Shown piece after piece: positions 10,301-22,800 of a DNA stretch of 64,000 nucleotides (position 1 is its first letter; every line of letters begins with the position of its first letter). The stretch comes from Zootoca vivipara. Its lineage: Eukaryota. Below the pieces are notes generated by a model, which made no database searches, was not told the DNA's origin, and worked only from the letters and a program-made list of their open reading frames with translations. The translations under genes and the position numbers were made by a program. The stretch is from positions 56,854,001-56,918,000 of the forward strand of contig NC_083281.1 in NCBI RefSeq assembly GCF_963506605.1, written 5' to 3'.

Positions 10301-10306
10301 AATAAA
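10301..10306 (+). terminator. Probable IST1 polyadenylation signal
   Basis: AATAAA about 840 nt after the stop codon. Confidence 0.6.
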
Positions 10307-10502
10307 GTTGAAGAATAGCCTCGACTGGGTCTGTCTCAAGTGAAACAGAATATTTCCTGGCTTCTGGCAGTGGTGGAGGGGAAGCAAAGGAGACATGGTA
10401 TGTTTACAACATGGAGGGGCAGCTGCCACCAGTTCTTATCATGGAGAGAATGGCTGTTACTTCAGACTGACAGTCACACTTCAAGTCAAACAAGGAGTAC
10501 TA

Positions 10503-10508
10503 TTTATT
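10503..10508 (-). terminator. Probable PKD1L3 polyadenylation signal (convergent with IST1)
   Basis: TTTATT on + (AATAAA on -), about 1.6 kb downstream of the PKD1L3 stop. Confidence 0.45.
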
Positions 10509-11659
10509 GAGGGAAGGGAAAATATTGGCTAAAAGGAGCATGCAAATGTGTTGGCCTTTACTTTGGCTTCGCAGTTATATTTCAGAACAAGTCCTGTCAG
10601 TTTGGATCGCACACCTGAGGATCTGCAGTGCAGCCCACAACCACCTCCCACAGGCAAATTTTTGAGGCTCCCTTTAGACATGCTTCCCACAAAGACATTG
10701 TGGGTGGTGGCAGCAGTGGCAGCTTCAGAAGAGCAGGCCACCTGTCCTGCAGGGCACGGGGAAGAGCCTGGGTGCTGAAGTAGCTGTCTTTCTCTACAGT
10801 GATGTGATAGAACTGTCAAGCCATCATTCTTGAGAAATTAGCCCTTGTAGGGTTTATGCTGACCTTTACAGATTGGAGTTGGGGGTGAGTACTTTCTGCT
10901 TGGGCCAGGCCAAAGGGTCCCCTCTGGATGATTAAGGTAAGGGCTGCTTAAGGATCCTTGCATCTTAGAGGTTGGCTGCCTTTAAGGAAAGGCAGGATTG
11001 GATTCCTTTCATGGATTTGATCTCCCTCAATGGGCAAGCTGAGCCCTCTGGGTGGGGAGGGGTAATAGTCACTCTTCCTCCCCCCTTCTATCTCCTCCCT
11101 TTGGTGTCACCTTGAAACAGTGTATCCTTTTTATGCATCTCAACAGACCAACCTTTGCCATATAAATTCTTCAACTCTGGCAGGGTAGGGTGTAATCTAG
11201 AGTTCCCTGTTTGTCTCCTCAGAGGTTAAGCCCTGCAATAGGTAGAGAGTTCCTCAGTGACATTAAAAATACATTGATTCGTAAGGCTTAAATGATGTGC
11301 ACCACAGAGTATTTGGGACTGGCTAAGAACAGCCCGCCTTTGCCCTGCCTCTTTGGGCAGAGAAGAACTGGCTCCTGCTGTTTAGGGACTTGACCGGCCT
11401 TTGGACTGGAAGCCAGTAAGATCAGTTTTGCTCTTCAACCTGCAGGGCAGCAGCAGGGGATTTCTGGGCAGTCAGATTTGTTCTGCCTTGGCTATTCCCA
11501 ACAACTCAAAGGCGTGTCAAGGATAAAGGAAGTAGGATATAGCATGAGGCAATGTTGAGTCAAGATCACATGGTAAATTAGCTGAAGAATGGGAGGGGCA
11601 GCTTAAAAGTGGGAGAAAAGCCATACAGGTTTTCTTGCCAGCTCAGCTAAGCTCTGTTA

Positions 11660-11980
11660 CAGTGGTACCTCGGTTTAAGTACACAATTGGTTCCGGAAGT
11701 CTGTACTTAACCTGAAGCGTACTTAACCTGAAGCGAACTTTCCCATTGAAAGTAATAGAAAGTGGATTAATCTGTTCCAGACGGGTCCGCGGAATACTCA
11801 ACCTGAAGCGTACTTAACCTGAAGTATGAGTGTAATTGGTTCTGGAAGTCCGTACTTAACCTGAAGCGAACTTTCCCATTGAAAGTAATAGAAAGTGTAT
11901 TAATCCGTTCCAGACGGGTCTGCAGAGTACTTAAACTGAAAGTACTCAAACCAAAGCATACTTAAACCGAGGTATGACTG
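11660..11980. mobile_element. Tc1/mariner-type MITE in the PKD1L3 3' region
   Basis: TIRs CAGTGGTACCTCGGTTTAAG / CTTAAACCGAGGTATGACTG and internal GTACTTAACCTGAAG repeats; a near-identical inverted copy lies at 34760-35080. Confidence 0.85.
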
Positions 11981-12086
11981 TTTTCTTAAAGATAGCGTGT
12001 ACATTAGTGATACTTTGAAAATGGTGACCCTTCCCATTTTAGAATAGAAAAGAGCTGTAGAAATGGGGAGGTGGGATGATGCCATT

Positions 12087-15000
12087 TCAATCCTTTGGCT
12101 CCTTTTGGGAAGCTGCTGGGAAGGGCGGCTGTTTCTTGATTCCAAACAAGATGGAAATCTTCAATTGAATCAGCTGCAACATGGATTCCTCCTTGCTGGC
12201 CTGTTGTGACGAACCGGGAGAGAGAGAGAGATGCCTTATATGTGAACTTGGATCCTGAGGGGTGGCTGCGGCACAAGCAGCTTCCTGTGAAGGCTTAATT
12301 GCTTGAAGTTTGGCTTGTGGCTGGTGATGTGCAGCACTAGCTGCTTGGGCTTACACCTACCTTGGCAGCCTTCATCTCCCATCTGAAGGTCGTCAAAAGG
12401 GCAGAGACAAACAGGTTGATGATCACAAACACCATGGAGATGACGCTGGTTACAATCAGCACAGCGCCAAACACAGGGTCCACAGCAGTGACCTAAGCAT
12501 GAAGAGCACAGTTATGTCCCCTGTGTCTACATATGCACATAGCAGAGAGCTGTTGGCCATGCTGTGCTTTGCAGGGCATAGGGAAGCATGGCATTCTAGA
12601 CCCAGAAAGCTGAAATCCATGCAGGTCTCTCGGTGCTGAGCTGGGAGCTGAATGGGGCTGGGGGTCTGCCCCTATCTGTGGCGTCCTGGAAGGGCAGCCT
12701 AGCAGTGTCCCTCTGCCTAAAGTGGGGCTGCATGGTACTCACCTCTTCATAATTAAAGATTCCAATGAAAAGCCCTACGATGGTCACAGCTGAGTCAAAG
12801 AGGGTCTTGTAGTCAGCTACGCTCCATCCAAACATGAGGTTGCACTGATGGCAAGAGAGCGAAGGTGATGTAGGGGGAGGGGTATAAGGACACAGGAAGT
12901 GGGGGGGGTCATGTGCTCTTCCCTCTGCCCTTGGTTGGTTTCCCTGCAGTTGGCAGGCCTCTTCTTACCACAATGGCGTAACCCACAAGTAGCACCAGAA
13001 GTGTAAGCAGGAAGCCCAGGACCTCATCCCAGGCTTTCTGCAGCGTCTGTGTGATGAGGTGCATTCTGGGATTTAGTTGCAGGAGGTTCCACAGCTTGAT
13101 GGTTGTCAAGGCCACCAGAAAAGCAATAAGGTATGTGAGAGCAGAGTCAACTTCCACCATCTCATAGAAGCTGATGAACCTGCCAAAGGTATGGAGGGAG
13201 TTTTGCTTTAGGGTGTGTGAAAGCCGCCTCTGCTGAGCGGGGGGCTGCCCCTGCCCCTTGTTTCGGATGGTGGACACTCACCTGTTGCGGTCTTGGCGAT
13301 GCTGCTTCATGATGCCTTCTGCCAGCACGCGCCTCTTCACATAAAGGCCAATAGCTGCCACACTTATGAGGATGGTGCTGGCATCCAGCAGGTTTCTCTT
13401 GCTGCTGAAGTACTTCCACTTCTGCTGCTTCAACTGCTGGCCCTGCTGGCCCCATGGAAGAAGCAGGCTTGACTCAGGCAGCCACATGTTGGGGGGGGTA
13501 TGTGCACGTGGAAGGAGCAGTGGTGGTGTGATGCTCTTTCTCTGGCAATACAGCAACCTCCACACACCACCACCCCCTAAAACAAGGGTGGGATGACACT
13601 TCTGCGGCACTCCAGGTTTTGCTGGAATCCAAATGCCCAACTGCTCTAGGCAGCCAATGGCCAATGGTCAGGAATGATGGGAGCCTAGCAGCACCCAGAG
13701 GGCCCCCACAGGTTCCACATCTCAATCTCTCCTGATCTGGTGCTGGCTGATACCTCCCACTAACCCTAGGAACCTTGAGAGTGCTAGCTAAAGCTGAAGG
13801 AAGTTGTAGTCCAGCAACATCCAGAGGGTGCTAGGCTAAGGAAACTAAGCTGCCTCACAGAGGCCCCACTCACCTGCACAAAGATGTAGTATAGTATGAG
13901 CAGGAGAAAGGTGATCTGGGCACAGATAAATTGGAGGACGAGCTGGAGGTCAGGATAGAGGCGGAGAATTTGCAGCTCCGATTTACTGAACAAGGTCCCT
14001 GCCACAGAAACAGGCACAGGGTCAAGCATGGAGGCTGCAAGCAAGGCTGGCTCCCAGGCAGAGGGAAGGCCTTTTCTCCATCTCCCTCCCCAATAGCCCC
14101 AGGACAGCCATCCTGCCTCTGAGGCCCATTGCAGGGCTAGGCCCCCTTTGTCTCTACTACACGCTCTTGCCTATCCCATTGGCCTCCAAGATCAGCGTGA
14201 CTGCGCAGAAGAGGTTGACATTTGCATTGTAGACAACAAACTCAATGAAGGCAACTCGTGTGTTTCTGTCCAGCCAGTTGTTCTGTTCCAGATAGCGAAG
14301 GGTTCTGGTGGGGAATGGTGCAGAAAAAAGTTGAGCTGCAGCTAAATCTACTGGCGGCAGGGGAAGAGAAGCACAACTCTAGTTTACTATTGCATGCCCT
14401 GCCCTATGACCTTTAGTCCATCCTTGATTGGTTCTCCCCCAAGAACCACCTGCCAGACTCCAGCTAGCAATGCCATATTCACTACTGTTAGCCAGGATTG
14501 TGGGTCTTTAGCTTTCACCTGCCTCTCCCACAGCTTCACCAGATCAGGAGATAGTGGGCAGAGACTGAGATACATCTGCCCAGAAAGAGTCCCTGGAGCT
14601 TTCGGGACCTGATGCCTGTTCTGCAGCTCCCTCAGTCCACATACCTTGTGGCGTAGCTTTTGTTTCTGCCAAGGTTTGCCAGGTAGCCGCTTCCTGGATA
14701 GAGAGCAAACTTCCCCCAGATGGGGTACTCTTGCAGGGTGCTCTCATTCTGGAAGACCCAGGCACTCGCCTGACCTCTCCCACCTGCAGCAGGAGGCCCC
14801 CAGCTGGCCGTGGGACCCTGCTTTCCCTCTTGGAGCGGGAGAAAAGGTGGCCCTGGCTTTGGCAGGGCTCCTGTGGCTCGGATCTGCCGTAGCCGCACGC
14901 TGCCCACAAGGAAAGAGTTTCCATCCATGGCCAAACCTGGGAGATTGAGAGAGGGGGGAAATGTACTGCTTAGAAGCAAAACACACAAACACACACCTAT

Positions 15001-16765
15001 TTGTACAGATGTAAAGAGCTGGGTAAATTTAGGCTTTTTCAGCAACACTGAAAAAGCCTAAATAGGACATGTTTTTGTATTTTATACAGCATGTGCCACT
15101 GGGGCTGCTGCCTGCCAATGGCTTGGGGCCACTGCCCAGGACACCTTCCCTCACTTGAGGCTGCTGCCTCGAGCCTTCCTCCCAATCCCTCCCATTGTAG
15201 GGAGTGAGCAGCAAAAAGACTTCCAGGCAGTGACCCTGAGCAAGGGAAGGCACACCTTTTCAATTTATTCAGTCATTCATTTTGTGGTGACCCGCATAAA
15301 AGCAGTCACACACAAATGGAATGCCCATAAGCAGAGGACTGCCTGTATACAGAAGGATGTCTCTTTGATCTCTGCTCCTTGTGCTGCTCACCTTCAGAAT
15401 TGCCATGGAGGCCGGGCAGCAGAATCACCCTGGTCCACCTGTACAACTCCTCTGGGGTAAGGATGTCTTCCAGGTGGGATGTGAAGGTCTTCTGGAGGGC
15501 GTTGTTCAAGTAGAACTCATTGGGACTTCTCTCAGTATAGCTGAGGACCATCAGCACAGCCAGGAACACAAGCTGCACTGGGTGTCAGAAAAGGGAAGTG
15601 GATCAAAACATTTTGTCCTGTTGGATTTTGCATCCTTACAGCCAGAAGACGTGGGGGGAACAACCTTGCAGGCCAAATTATAACCCCTTCCAGGTCTAGC
15701 AACCCGCCCGCTTGCAGGTATGATCAGGGGCATAGCTAGCTGCTTCGGCACCCAGAGCAGCAGGAGCGGGGTGTGCTCCCCATGGAGGTGCCGCGGTGAT
15801 CTACCCGGGGACGGAGGCGTGGTGAGCTGCCCATGGAGTCTGCCTGGCAGATGCAAGCCCCACACTGCCGTTTCAGGAAGCACAGGGCCCCGAGCCACTG
15901 CATCACTCCCAGGAGAGACGCATGGCTTGGGTGCGCTGCAAGCCAGGCCCCGCAGTAAGTGCCACCCTCCTGTGGTGTGCCATTTTGTCACCCCCTCAGG
16001 GATGACACCCGGGGGGGACTGCACCCCCCTTTCTATGCCCCTGGGTATGATCTTCCCTGCTGGTGGTTTAAAGGTTGCAAATTACACCTGAAGATTTGTC
16101 CTGAGCAGATTCTGCACCCACTCAGTTATGTATACATTGTGGTTTATAGCAGTGGTTCCCAATTAGCTAATTACTGAGGAACCCCTATTTTTCAAAAGCC
16201 AAGCCATGGACCCCCTACTTTTGAAAATTTTTATAATTCTATGGTAGTTACCTGTGCAAAGCAATTTTTTGATGAAAATGTGAGGTATGCCCAATGTTCT
16301 GATATGGTATGTGGCAGTTTCTTCCCATGTTCCTGCTGCTCCCACCATTCTGACCTTGGCCTTGGTATGATTCTCTGTCTTGCTTGCTTCCTTAACCACT
16401 GATGCTTAGGAGTGTGAATGCTGAGCATATGTCACCCCTGCTTGGTGCGGGGAGGGAGCAGGAAGTGTTGCACAACCCATCCACACCCTTACTGGCCTTC
16501 GAGACTGGTCTCACCTGCAATCTCTCTGATCAAGGAGTACAGCTTATTGTCTTTCAAGGCTCGTTCCTTTGGCCGCACCATTGGCTGGAGGGCAGGGGGT
16601 CTGTAAGCTGGGTCTGCCCAGCGTCTCCGCCCATAAGCTTCCAGCTGTAGGCTCCTTGCTGGAGGGAGAGGGAAGCAGGAGTTAGTCCCAAGCAAGAGGA
16701 AAAAGGCCCCCTTTGGTCAGAGGCCGCTCAGACAGATGCCCTATCGAGCACTGCAGATGGGGGCG

Positions 16766-16814
<49 letters not shown>

Positions 16815-19800
16815 GGAGAGCTTGAATTACCTGTGATGAGGCCCAAGGCCCACCAGAGCTGCTGCTCCTGCCCCTTGTCCTTCCACAACTCCCTCTTGTG
16901 CAGCAGTGAGAAGAGGAAGGTCAGAGCCAACACCTGGGAAGGAGGGAGAACAGGGCTGCCATTGGGGGGCCCCACAGGGCAGGTGTCTGGGCCCTTCTTA
17001 ACAGGAGGGGCCCCACCACAAATGGAATGGTTAGTAACATTACACGCATTACCAGTGCAGATTGGGGGAGAGATGGACAAGCATTAAACCCAGAGTCCGG
17101 ACTTATGTGGGGTCTGAGGATCCTTGCAGACCTCTGACCCTGCTGTGTTGCTGCAGAATCACAGAACACCAAAGACATTTGTGGAGGCAGGGAGAAGAGG
17201 GGAGATGCTGGCTCTGGCAAGGGTGTGGGGAGAGGTTAGCTGCACCCCAGAGAGGGCCAGGTTACCTTCAGGGGCTGCACTACGAAGATGTTCTCTAGCA
17301 CTGAGAGCAGGATGTTGATGGCCCAGCGCCCAGCCTCGTCCCTGCTCATTTCTAGGCTGTAGAGCACTGTGAAGAAGGCTGAAACCAGGCTGATGCTCCC
17401 CACTGTGAGCCAGCAGGCGAAACTGAATCTCCCGGGGAGACAGTGGGAGAAGGGCGGCCTCTCCTTGTCAGGGTCTTCAAGTGGGAAACTGCTGAGCTCG
17501 CTCCTGGGCCAGGTGGGCCTGAGACAAAGAAGCAGGAGAATAAATGGCACCTCAGCCTTTGGGAACACCAGTAGAGGGAGGGAACTGTGCAGTGGGGAGG
17601 GGAAATGACCAACACACAGACCAAGCAGAAAAAGCAATAGGCAATTAAGAAAAAGACCATTACTGGGTGGGCTGGGAAAACTGGCTGGCTTTGGGTCTGA
17701 GTGTGACCCAGATACCCTATAGATCCAGAGGCCCTCCAGGTTAGCACCTGATGAAAAAACCCTGAAACTGTCAGAACAGGAGGTGGAACAGCTCCCCCTG
17801 CCAGTCTATGGAATCAGAGGCACCAGTCTGCTTGTGAGGAAGCAGTCAGTGGCTGTGGTTGAGTGTAGTTTAGGAGACAAGAGTATATAAAGCCTCCCTA
17901 GTGAGCCTTCTAGTTGCAGGAAATAATACAGGTCTCTGGTGCCTTATTTCCTGATTCTCATCGCCCTGCCTTGCTGCATTGTACCTTGCCTGAACTCGAC
18001 TGCAGTGGTGACCTTGGACTGTTGCCTCACTTTGTTTCTGGGTCACATTTGAACAGACCCTACATGCTTGGCTTGCTTGGACTCTGTTGTATATGCGACC
18101 CCCATCCTCACTGGTGAGTCCTGGGGGGGACGGCTTTTATCTCTTGTAACTGGGACCGGGCTCCTTGCCCAGCCCCTGAAGGCATTCCCTGGAGTGTGAA
18201 GACATCTGGTTGGTTTCTTCCTGTAAGCTATTTCATGGAAGGAACTTTGACCTTAGCTAGGTGTGTTTCTTTGTATACATATGTAGGGTGTGTAGATGCT
18301 GCAGAGTTTCACAGTGGCTTACAAATGAGGATCTTGTTGCCCAAGTATTATTTTGGGTTTGGAGCAATCTCTGCAAAAATTTACCAGGAAATGGGGCCAG
18401 GAGAGTGGGGAAGAGATAGATGAGGGGAGCTTCTGGGTGGGGGCTACCTGCCAGGCCCCTCGGTGCTGGGCCAGGGCTGGGCCTGCTGCTGCTCTAGGTG
18501 CTGCTGGACTCTCCGTAGTCGGTCCACCGCATGCAGGTGGTCATAGGGGTTAGGGAAGCTGCACATATCCAGGCTGCAGAGCTGAGTCCCCAAGTCATTC
18601 AGCACATGCCTCAAGTAGCTGTGGAGGTTGAAGCGCCTCTCTGGAAACAAGTACAAAGAGGCATCATTCTCACCCTCCAGAGCCTTAATTCCCCCTCCTC
18701 TTTCCAATTGAGTCAAGGGTTGCTCAGCACCCCAAAGGTGCAAGCTGGTGCACAGAGCATGAGGAAGGGTGGCACACTCTCTGTCTGAGAGGAAGGGAGT
18801 GGTGTTTGCATCCATTGCCAAGGCAAGCTTCTCTTACCCTGAGGGGGACCTTCCAGGTCCTTCTGGTGCTGGAGGTGGGACTCGATGAGGTCACACAGAC
18901 AAGCCACAAGCTCCGGTACTTGCTCAGAAGTCCCAGGAAACTTGTCCATGGCTCTGCACTGGCAGAGGCCGTTCTTGTAGAGGAAGCCCAGGGTCTCCTC
19001 CAGCTCCTGCAAAGGAGAGAGCAGGGCAAGAGAGCCAAGCACCCATCAGGGCAGAGGCTGGTGCTGGGAGACTGACCGCTCAGGACCGCTTGTTTTTCCC
19101 CTACTGAACTCCCTTAGAGACTTTGCCCATTTCAAGGCATATTGTTTGGGGGCGACCATGCCAGTTTGCAAGGACCTCAAGGAAGCTCCAGCTGTTCTCT
19201 TATAACAGGAGTCACCCAAAGGGAACCCGTTTCTGCACCCTAGGGAAATTATGTATTAAATCTGCATCGAAGGGCTGACTGAACACAATTCAACTGGGTG
19301 TGTCTGCTGTTTAATTGACTACAGAGTTTTTGAGTTAGGAAAGGCATTGTAAAGTGAGTGGAGAGAGTAAGATAATGGGGGCCACACACTGCGTTTCAGC
19401 AAGCAAAGAGCTCTGTACGGTTTTTATATTCTCTGTATTATGTGCTGCCAAAACGAGCATGAGCTCTGTATGGTTTTAATTCCTGGTTGACAGCTAGCCT
19501 GGCACCTATTGCCACCATGGCTCAAGCTTCCTGTACCTGACAGGGGACTCCGTGGGCCTGGCATGCTATCAGTGGGTCACATGCCTATGCACCAGCAAAC
19601 AATAACAAGGCAGACCGTGATTTGCGCTGTGTCCCAGGTGCTGACTGGAGGGACTTGTGAAGAGGGGTCTCACCTGCTTGACTCGTGTGATGGGCGTCAC
19701 CTGCTTGGGGGGCATCACAGTCTGCAGGAATTCGGTGCTGGCAGGCGGAGGCTTTGGGGCTGGGGGCTGGACCAGCTGGAAGATGTGGCTGATCAGTAGG

Positions 19801-22800
19801 TTCACCGGCATTAGGAAGATGGCTGTTTCCACACTCACCAGCAGCTCGTGCCAAGTCACCATAAAAGGCCCTGTCTCAGGGGCAGGGAGGGGGGAGGGGG
19901 GCAGGCAGAGACCTTCAGTCAGGAGGAGGGGGTGGCCAAAAGGATTGCTGCTGTGGCTGAGGCAGTTTTGATGCAAAAATGGTGGGTGGGGTCCAGAGGG
20001 GGACTCCCAGCTCCATTGTGAAGCTTAGAATCCTCAGTGCTACTTAGAGACACACAAGCCCTATGCATGGAAGGTGGAGCATGGGGACAGGAGCAAAAAT
20101 ACAGGACTCTTTAGGGCTCTGCCTTGGGGGCTGTGAACCATGGCAAGTGGTGGGAAGCCAGCCTCTTCCCTACCCCACCCACCTGCCCCCAGCCCAGCCC
20201 AGCCCCCACCTGCATCGTGTTGGGGCGGGGGACAAGGAGAGGCACTGGCTATGCCAGTCTCCAGCTAGCAGCCAACTCACCAGCCTCAGGGCTTCTGGAC
20301 CCTCCCTCTTTTCTCCAGAACATGATGTTGATGAGGAAGGTGCAGCAGAGGAGGGCCAGGCAGCAGGAGAGCCTCTGCACACGAGTGAAGGGGCTCCAGG
20401 GTGAGCAGGTCATCACCGACAGCCACAGGTGCTCCTGCGTCAATTTGTCCACCAGCCCTGACCAGAACTGGTACCTGGTGAAGTGGGATACGGGATGTAT
20501 TTGGTGGGGGCTGAGCCAGAGAGGGTCAAGGGCCCGGAGCAAGGTGGGACCTTTCCTGTTGCACCTAATTTCTGAAGGGAGAGGAGCTCGAAGCTGCGTC
20601 ACATTCTCCGACCTGGAAGGAAGACCCAACTCCCAGATGGGTGGGAGAGAAAGGCCCTCTCTGTGCAGAGTCAAAGGAACTTTCTTCACTGGGTATCACA
20701 TGCGCCATGTCTGAGAGTTGTCATTCCAAGCAGATTCTGGGACAAAGCCTGCTGTTCCCTGACTTTTATTTTTTTTATGTCTGCATATTGCTTTTCCACA
20801 CAGGTGTTCTCAGCATAATTCAGTCAAAGGCAAGGTACCTGTTGGGCAGATCAGGGGCAGAAACACCCCTAGGGCAAAAACACATTCCAGAGATGCCACA
20901 AACTGTCACTGGCAGGAGGTGGGTGGGTGGGGCTCATATTTACCTGAAGGACAGGAGATCCCTCTCAGAGGCAACAGCAAAGACTTTATCCACATGGCCA
21001 TCATCCAGGTCAGCTGCCAGCCAACAGTCACACAGGAAATGCCACTTCTTCTTGGCAGGCAAGTCACAGACAACCAGCCGCCTCACAAACCTGCAGGAGG
21101 CTCAGGCCTTTCAGTTGTTTGCCCACACATGAGTGGCACTGCCAAGCAGTCATGTGGTGCCCATTAGCTGCAGCCAAGGGATCTGCCCCCACTCCCCCAT
21201 CACTCAAGAGCTGCAGGTCAAAGGGAAGCAGTGTGGATCTTTTCCTTCTGCCCTCATCACCTTGCCAAAACAGAGAGCTGCATGTAGCTACCTTCAAGCA
21301 CAAGCGAAGCTTTGCTCCGTTAACCTATATATAAAGCGTTCTTTGCCCAGCAGTTTTGGAAAAGGACTGGAGATGGAAGGGTATCCCCTCCCTGATGTAT
21401 TCTTTATGTTTGGGGGTTCAGACCAAAAGTGGGTCATAATGCATTATTTGACATGACAATGTGGCCTCTGGAGCCAAAGCTGGCCTTTAACATGGTGAGC
21501 ATGAACCTTGGGTGGGACAAGACATACCACAGTTCTATCGTCCCCCTAGAATGTCCAGCTGTCCTGCAGCTAGTTTTGCTACAGTTGGACGGGGATCTTG
21601 TGAATTTCTTCAGCATAGGCTTGGAAGGAGGTATCTTTGAGGACCTGGGAGTTCTGCAGGTCCTGGCAGCACAACCCCATGGCATGGGAGGACTAGGCCT
21701 GCCAGCTGCAGTGTCCCTTCGCCTACTAGCATCTGATAAGGTCTGGTGCTGCCAATGGACTCTCCCATGCCAGTCATGTGCTTCCAACCTCCTCCTCGCT
21801 TGGCATCCCAGTTGCTGTCTGGTTCGCTCTAACCCCACCCTCTTGGCCTACACCCTCAGTCCTCACTGGGCCATGGACTTACCAGCTGGGGTTGGGCCCA
21901 GTGTTGTCGTGCCAGAGGCGGATAGCGTGGAGGTTGCCCAGGGGCTTCTGTGTGGCAAGGAGGAAGGCATCCCGCCCACCTCGCTCAAAGGAGGGCCCCT
22001 GGGGGTGCTGTAGCAGGTGTGGCTCACTCCGGCCCTCTGCCCCATAGAGGGTCAGGATAACCTCAAGCCAAGGAGGGAGAAGGGGTTAATCAAGGAAAGG
22101 GAAAAGAGGGCGGGTACTGGGTGGGGTTCATGGAATGCTTCCTTTCCTCAGTTCCTTGCCCAAGCAGGGAGCCCATGTCATCAAAGACATAGGCTTTTGC
22201 ATGCAGACAGTCACACAGAAGCCTGCACCCCCACACACCCACTCCCTGATAGGGAGAGATTTGCCAGACTCGGCCCAGATTCTGTGGGCAGGTGCCTGAG
22301 GTCATGGAACTTGATGGGCAGCACTTGTACCATCAACAGTACAAAGTGGGCCTGCAGGGAAGTGAGACCCTACCCTACCTTAGCAGAAGTCCCAGCCCCT
22401 CTGCGGTAGCCTGTGAAGACTTGCACCAGGTAAGAGAAGCGGGCGGTGGCCTCATTATCTGCTAGGATTGTGACCTTCACCTGGAGGGGTGAGAGACACA
22501 CATGGGGTGGGTGGCCCTAGAAATGGCCAAGCCCCACTTCAGCAAGTTGGCTTTCCCAGAGTGTCTGGTTCTCAGCTGTTTGCTGGATAAATATTTCATA
22601 CCCTGAACCAGGCACCCCCAAACTTCAGCCCTCTAGATGTTTTGGACTACAATTCCCATCTTCCCCGACCACTGTTCCTGTTAGCTAGGGATCATGGGAG
22701 TTGTAGGCCAAAACATCTGGAGGGCCGCAGTTTGGGGATGCCTGCCCTAAACAGACGGTGTAAAATGTCCTCTCTCATTACCTGTTTGCATTTCCAACGA

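Noticed and set aside
11700-11870. Recurring GTACTTAACCTGAAG units resembling a CRISPR-like array
   Set aside because: Irregular internal repeats of a MITE in a eukaryotic genome, with no unique spacers.
11767-11949. Similar short ORFs at 11767 and 34791 (STFSLST..RLERIN)
   Set aside because: Chance translations of two copies of the same non-coding MITE.
17700-18200. LTR-like segment with TATA in a PKD1L3 intron
   Set aside because: I could not find convincing termini or a TSD.
19509-22409. Plus-strand ORFs opposite PKD1L3 exons
   Set aside because: Antisense shadows of coding exons.
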